Source of the DNA: Candidatus Multivoradales bacterium
GTDB lineage: Bacteria > Acidobacteriota > Thermoanaerobaculia > Multivoradales > J023
DNA length: 64,000 nucleotides
NCBI GenBank assembly: GCA_965248925.1
Contig: CBDFLE010000006.1
Span: forward strand, 2,272,001 to 2,336,000
Direction of reading: 5' to 3'
Both the position numbers and the translations under genes were made by a program. Under the pieces are notes generated by a model that was given only the letters and a program-made list of their open reading frames with translations, had not been told where the DNA came from and ran no database searches. Below, in pieces: positions 58,953 through 64,000 of the stretch; position 1 is the first letter of the stretch; every line of letters begins with the position of its first letter.

Positions 58953-59611
58953 GCAAATCGATTCGTTTAGTCATCGCCGACGACCACGCCATCGTCCGCC
59001 AGGGCCTCAAGACTCTGCTCGCAGACGAGCCGGGAATCGAGGTTGTTGGCGAAGCGGCCAACGGCGACGAAGCCGCCGAAGTGGCCGAGAAACTCGCCGC
59101 CGATGTCCTGCTGCTCGACCTGCAAATGCCGGGAAGCAGCGGGATGGCGGCGATCGAGGCCCTCGGTGAACGTTCCTCGGCGGTACGCATCATCGTGCTG
59201 AGCAGCTTTGCCGAGGACCGCCAGGTACGCCAGGCAATTCAAGCGGGAGTCGCCGGCTACTTGCTGAAAGACGTAGATCGAGCTGGCTTGGTGCAAGCGA
59301 TCCACGATGCCCACGCCGGTCAACCGGCCCTCCACCCCGAGGTCCAGCGTCGGCTGATGCGCCAACTCAGCACTCCCGAAGCTCCTAACCCGGTCGAGAC
59401 CCTCACCGCCCGCGAACTCGACGTGCTGCGCCAGATCGCCGCCGGCCGCAGCAACAAAGAAATCGCCAAAGCCCTGCACTTGAGCGAAGGCACCATCAAG
59501 GGCTACACCAGCACCCTCTTCGGCAAGCTAGGGGTCAACGACCGCACCCAAGCGGCCTTATTCGCGCTGCGCGCCGGAGTGTCACCAGCTGGACAGGGTG
59601 AGGGTGGATAG
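58949..59611 (+). CDS. NarL/LuxR-family response regulator
   Basis: IADDH, LLDLQMP, GYLLK, LTARELDVL..GRSNKEIA..L.LSEGTIK. Confidence 0.95.
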   Translation: MSKSIRLVIADDHAIVRQGLKTLLADEPGIEVVGEAANGDEAAEVAEKLAADVLLLDLQMPGSSGMAAIEALGERSSAVRIIVLSSFAEDRQVRQAIQAGVAGYLLKDVDRAGLVQAIHDAHAGQPALHPEVQRRLMRQLSTPEAPNPVETLTARELDVLRQIAAGRSNKEIAKALHLSEGTIKGYTSTLFGKLGVNDRTQAALFALRAGVSPAGQGEGG

Positions 59612-59640
59612 AGCCCGGTAACCGGGGACGGCTCAGCGTC

Positions 59641-61392
59641 TCAGGACAGACGCTCGACCTCGGATGCACTGCGAAAGCAGTCCATCACCCGCGGATCCAG
59701 ACGCCACGGGTAGCTCTCCTCACAGCTCTCACACTCCGCCCAGCGACGGCGGAAGTCCTCGCCGTCGAATTGCAGGCGCTGAATACGGAATCCCTCGACG
59801 AATTGTCGGTTCTCCACCGCCTGGGGCTCTTCGAGCACCACCGCAGCGACGTGCGCCGCCACCCACAAGGCCATCTCTTCGAGGTTCTCCAGCTGCTGAG
59901 CGAGAATGCGCTTGGCCTGATCGATCTCGACCCCGACCTCATAGAAGGTCTTCTCGGCCAGACTCAAGGTCTGGATCTCGGTGAAGTCGAAGAACACCGG
60001 CTCTTTGAGCGGTTGCCGGTGCTGCCGCTTCCACTGGTAGTAGTCGCTCAGATAACCCTGCAAGCCGCGGTTGATCGGCCCCAGACGACTGAACAAACGC
60101 ATGAAAGCGAGCAAGAATCGGCGTTCGGTGAAGAAATCGTTGATGAAGGGAAAAACGTAGTAAGCGAAGTAAATCGCCAATTCCCAGGTGTATTTGAGCG
60201 AAAACACCTCTTGATCGCCGAGGGCATCGTAGCTGAGTTCGTAGGATGGCACATAGGCGGAATAGACCACCCGCATGGCTTGCTCATAGAGTTCGCACTT
60301 GCTGGCCAATTGGGCCGGGTCGTCGGTCTTGATGGCGTCGACGATCAGCGTGTTGTAGATGGCTATCAGGTCCGAACCGGGGCTGTAGAGCGGGTCGGTA
60401 AAGCGCCCTGACTCACCAGCCAATGCCCAACGCTGGGCACTGAGGGTCTGCTGGCAATCGTAGGAGTAGCTCTTGAGTCCACCGAAATCGAGCACTTTAC
60501 GCTGCGGCAAGTCGCGGGCAAAGCAGGGGAAATGCTCGCACACCCAGCGGGTGGCTTTCTCGACCGTAAACACATCACGAGGATCGATCACCCGCTTATC
60601 GAACACTAACCCAAGACTCGTCTTGCCTTGCAGCGGTATGACCCAGAACCACAGACCCTCAGCGCAAAAGTGATTGGTGGCAAGCCAGAACGGTAGATGG
60701 CCAGTATGCCTTCGCTCTTTCTTTAGTCGTACTTCTCTGCGTGAGGCATCGGTTAAATGATCGATATCGACCAAGCCTTCGACCCACCAAAAGAAAGATC
60801 CGTGATCGATCGAATTCTTCTTCGCTAGCCCCATGCGGCGTTCCAAGTGCTTGCTGCGCCCGGTGGTGTCCACTACCCAATGAGTGCTGACTTGGCGGCT
60901 TTCCCCTTGGCGGCCCAGCTGATAACGCACCTGGTGCTCAGCACCACCCTCCGCCAACTCAACATCGAGCTTCAACGCTTCGAGTTCGATGGTAAAGCGT
61001 GGGTCTTGGCGATTGCGACGCAGAACCTCGGCCTCGAAGGTGTTGCGGTCGAGCTGATAGCTGGCGACGTTCGAGAACGGCCGGATGTAGGAGTGGCTAT
61101 AGTCCTCGAAGCGACTGTTGTCGCGACCGGTGCTGGGCCAGTAGAAGCGCAGGTTGTACTTCATCAGTTGGTCGCGCAACATGTGCTCTTCCAGATCAAG
61201 CACTTTGGAGAAGTAGTAGCCGGCAACCTGCACCGACGACTCGCCTACCTTTTGGTGTGGCGATGGCAGGCTGGCGCGCTTCTCCAGCAGCAGAATGGTC
61301 TTCTTCGTATCTAGCAACAGGTGGCGAGCCAGGGTCAGCCCAGCCAAGCCTCCACCCAGGATAACCACGTCGTAGCGGCGAGTCCTAGTCAT
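59641..61392 (-). CDS. Flavin-dependent halogenase-like protein
   Basis: GGGLAG FAD motif, KVGES, YQLDR..FE, WFWVIP (WxWxIP), GESGRFTDPLYSPG. Confidence 0.85.
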   Translation of the reverse strand: MTRTRRYDVVILGGGLAGLTLARHLLLDTKKTILLLEKRASLPSPHQKVGESSVQVAGYYFSKVLDLEEHMLRDQLMKYNLRFYWPSTGRDNSRFEDYSHSYIRPFSNVASYQLDRNTFEAEVLRRNRQDPRFTIELEALKLDVELAEGGAEHQVRYQLGRQGESRQVSTHWVVDTTGRSKHLERRMGLAKKNSIDHGSFFWWVEGLVDIDHLTDASRREVRLKKERRHTGHLPFWLATNHFCAEGLWFWVIPLQGKTSLGLVFDKRVIDPRDVFTVEKATRWVCEHFPCFARDLPQRKVLDFGGLKSYSYDCQQTLSAQRWALAGESGRFTDPLYSPGSDLIAIYNTLIVDAIKTDDPAQLASKCELYEQAMRVVYSAYVPSYELSYDALGDQEVFSLKYTWELAIYFAYYVFPFINDFFTERRFLLAFMRLFSRLGPINRGLQGYLSDYYQWKRQHRQPLKEPVFFDFTEIQTLSLAEKTFYEVGVEIDQAKRILAQQLENLEEMALWVAAHVAAVVLEEPQAVENRQFVEGFRIQRLQFDGEDFRRRWAECESCEESYPWRLDPRVMDCFRSASEVERLS

Positions 61393-61485
61393 AATCTCGA
61401 TCTCCTGACGGGTCGGCCGACCCGGTTCGCTTAACCCCGCGCACCAAATGAGAAAACGGCAAGAAAAACAACAACCATGCCTCGC

Positions 61486-62793
61486 TCAAGCCGAGGGTGA
61501 TTTCTTCACTGGCGGCGCGGCGACACCGCTGGTCACCCATGCCGGCAGCTGATCCGCGGCGACTCGCCAGTCGGCAACCTGGCGCCAGGTGGGCAAGGCG
61601 CTGACGACGACGTTGTAATGCTGAGTAAAGTGCCGCAACAAGAAGCTACGCTCGAGCTGCTCTTTCGAGATCCCCAACTCGCTGCTGGCACGCCCGCCGC
61701 TGAGCAAGTTGGCGAATTGGATATAACTCGACAGTGGATCGACACTTCCCGGCCGCGGCATCGCCGCCGGCAGCAGACCCCGCACCGAATCCAGTAGGCC
61801 GCCGCCGAAGGGGAGGTAATCAGCCATTCTCTCGCCCCAACTCATCGGATCCAACGACACATTGAGCACCTTCTCCGGTCGATCAGCAACAAAAGCCATA
61901 CGCACCCGCACCTCACCATCGAGGCCGACATGGAAACAGATCGACTGGCAAGCCGCCTTGAAACTCCCCGGCCCATAGGCCAACAAACCCTTTTCTGGAT
62001 CGGGCAGAAAGGCCCAGCCAATGCCATAGCGGCCGAGTTCGGTCTCGGAAGCACGGTCGCGACGGACGATGAAGTCGTCGCTCACCACCAGGTAGCTTGA
62101 CTCCGGCAGCGGCACCACCAGATGCGGCGCATCCTCACCCAGGGGTGCCAGGCGGAGCTGAAAATCGAAGATGTCTACTTTGAGAATGATCCACTCATAA
62201 GTCGACTCGACGGCGGTCAGGTCGACCGCAAAGCGCTCGCCAGCGGCAAAACGCCCGATCTTGCCATCCTCGCGCCGTTTGTAGAGCAACTGCTCAAAAC
62301 CAAATCCACCGCGCCGATCGGTTTCTTCCTTGCACCAAGCCAGCGGCCGTAGCACGCTAGGGGGATCGCAGGGTTCAGTGGCGGGGAAAGCCTCGGCGCG
62401 GCAAAAATCACTGACTCTGACGAAGTAGCGCAGCGCAAACTCCCGCACCTGCCCCTTGAGCCAACGGGCAGCCTGTCCAAGGTTGCCGCCATGGGGTTTC
62501 GGGCGATCGAAAAACATTTCCCGTACATTGCCCATCACCGCCAACTGGCGGCCGGCCACCGGTGCCTTGCCGGTGAAACCGAAGCTAGTATCTGCCGGCC
62601 AAGAACGTGCCGAGAGTTCGAAGCGACCGTCATAGGCATTGTCGCGCTGCAGCTCACGCCGCCATTTCTCGAGCTCGACACCGGCCGCGAGTCCGCTCTC
62701 GACCGCGGCCAGCAAGTGGCGTTCGAGTTCGCTCCAAAGCAGCCGTTGGGGCTCGGTCGGCGTCGAGCGGTCAAATTCTTTAGTCGCATCCAT
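61486..62793 (-). CDS. Hypothetical protein
   Basis: 435-aa ORF with host-like codon usage, co-oriented with its neighbours. Confidence 0.75.
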   Translation of the reverse strand: MDATKEFDRSTPTEPQRLLWSELERHLLAAVESGLAAGVELEKWRRELQRDNAYDGRFELSARSWPADTSFGFTGKAPVAGRQLAVMGNVREMFFDRPKPHGGNLGQAARWLKGQVREFALRYFVRVSDFCRAEAFPATEPCDPPSVLRPLAWCKEETDRRGGFGFEQLLYKRREDGKIGRFAAGERFAVDLTAVESTYEWIILKVDIFDFQLRLAPLGEDAPHLVVPLPESSYLVVSDDFIVRRDRASETELGRYGIGWAFLPDPEKGLLAYGPGSFKAACQSICFHVGLDGEVRVRMAFVADRPEKVLNVSLDPMSWGERMADYLPFGGGLLDSVRGLLPAAMPRPGSVDPLSSYIQFANLLSGGRASSELGISKEQLERSFLLRHFTQHYNVVVSALPTWRQVADWRVAADQLPAWVTSGVAAPPVKKSPSA

Positions 62794-62814
62794 CAGCGTT
62801 GGTTCCCCAGGGTT

Positions 62815-63426
62815 CTACTCTTCCTGCCGACGACGATAAAGGGTCTTCAGACCTTCACCCGCGCGCTCGATCTGACCCGCTTCAATGCACCGAGTAAGCG
62901 CCGCCCGCAGCGCCGCCCGACCTTTGCCGGTACTCTTCACTAGCTGACTCAAGGTCGCACTGCCACCCAGAGAGACCAACGCCGCGTCCAGAGAATGGGC
63001 CTTGGCAGCGGCAGGGGTGGCGGCGCTAGCTTTGGTTCTCTTCTTGCGGCTCCGCGGCTGCTTGGGTTGAGCGGCCTCAGGTTGCTGCGCCGGCAACTCT
63101 GGCCGAGACCAGCCGCAAATCTCGCGCAAATGCAACCGCAGGTGGCGCGGCAAACACTCAGAGCTGGCTTGCTGACCAGCCAGGTAGCTATCGATCAACC
63201 GCTCGCTGATCTGCTCCGCTGAACGCTGGCCCGACTCCATCACTTCGCCTCTTTCGAGGATCTCCGGCGCTTGCTGGCGTACTGAAACCAAGGTGTAGCG
63301 AAACAGGCACACCGGCTTCATCGATCGCCCTCCAGATCGCCGCCGCTGCGCGCCGAGCCAGTCGATCAGCCGGCCAACGACTCCGTCAAATCCTCGACCC
63401 CATTCGCCTAGTGGATTCTCGTTCAT
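62815..63426 (-). CDS. Hypothetical protein with a possible C-terminal winged helix
   Basis: ATLSQLVKSTG..RAALRAALTRCIEAGQIERAGEG..TLY; start may be 63321. Confidence 0.6.
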   Translation of the reverse strand: MNENPLGEWGRGFDGVVGRLIDWLGAQRRRSGGRSMKPVCLFRYTLVSVRQQAPEILERGEVMESGQRSAEQISERLIDSYLAGQQASSECLPRHLRLHLREICGWSRPELPAQQPEAAQPKQPRSRKKRTKASAATPAAAKAHSLDAALVSLGGSATLSQLVKSTGKGRAALRAALTRCIEAGQIERAGEGLKTLYRRRQEE

Positions 63427-64000
63427 AAATTCTCCCCGAAATCACCGCCAGTGCCTTCGAGATCAAACAGCACGCCCGGACCAAGACTGGAAAGCTCAGC
63501 GAGCCGAGCCAATTTCGACGCCACCGGCTCCAGCACCCACTGACGCCAGCGGCGGGCCGGCGGGCCGGCGGCCGGCTGATATGCAAGAAAACTCTCCAAC
63601 AACGCTTCTCGACCCACCACATAGGCCCACAGCGACAACGCCGAGGCAATCCCACACCGCGTCGCCTTTTGCAGGTCGGGTGGGAGCTGCAAGAGCTGTG
63701 CGTCAAGCTGATCTAGCAGCTCGGCCAGCACCGCCGGCGCGGTGAGGTTGACCAACGTAGTCGCCCAGAACAAACCCGACAAGGCGTTCGCTCGCGCCAC
63801 CTCTGCGGGCGCCTTCGCGGTGCCGGCCAAGGCGCTGCCGGTCAGCCGCAAAGCCTCGTCAAAAGCCGCTTTGCCGGACCCCGGTAGCAAGCGGCGGGGG
63901 CTGAAATAGAGCCCGCGGCCGAGCCCATGCCAGAAAGTCCCTCGCCGGGCCGGCAGTTCGGCGGCCAGGGTCGCGTCCAGGCGAGTGATAGCGGCGGGCG
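63423..64000 (-). CDS. Hypothetical protein, 5' end outside window (possibly DUF1702/UnbL-like)
   Basis: Frame is open to the window edge and contains FWHGLGRGLYF. Confidence 0.55.
   Translation of the reverse strand, partial: PAAITRLDATLAAELPARRGTFWHGLGRGLYFSPRRLLPGSGKAAFDEALRLTGSALAGTAKAPAEVARANALSGLFWATTLVNLTAPAVLAELLDQLDAQLLQLPPDLQKATRCGIASALSLWAYVVGREALLESFLAYQPAAGPPARRWRQWVLEPVASKLARLAELSSLGPGVLFDLEGTGGDFGENL

Overview
GC-rich bacterial chromosome segment. The gene families suggest an Acidobacteriota/Thermoanaerobaculia-like diderm (inference only). 1-4817 is core: tsaD, NYN-domain protein, deoxynucleoside kinase, thiG, tRNA-Arg(ACG). About 4818-45130 is a ~40 kb composite genomic island that starts at the tRNA 3' end (IHF site plus tandem arm-like repeats) and ends at an integrase N-terminal remnant. 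The island carries: an intact-looking Replic_Relax (MOBC-like) relaxase with a coupling ATPase; a putative leading region (long ssDNA-promoter-like hairpin, small genes, orphan DNA methyltransferase, repeated hairpin leaders); a candidate new defence pair (1082-aa HExxH protein translationally coupled to a SIR2-like protein); a complete IS21 and an orphan IS21 end; relics of a second mobilisation system (VirD4 fragment, MobC, truncated relaxase); two decayed PIN toxin-antitoxin loci; small secreted Cys-peptide operons; a 2285-aa mosaic surface protein; and an ECF sigma/Ser-Thr kinase pair whose putative promoter motif recurs in front of the first island operon. 45154-64000 returns to host-like genes: BNR/sortilin-type protein, SGNH hydrolase with five Cys-rich repeats, alpha/beta hydrolase, adenosine deaminase, FadL-type porin, redoxin, CRTAC1/ASPIC-UnbV protein, a two-component system, a flavin-dependent halogenase and unknown ORFs running off the window edge. 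No CRISPR array, rRNA or reverse transcriptase was seen. All family calls come from motif recognition by eye, with no database searches.
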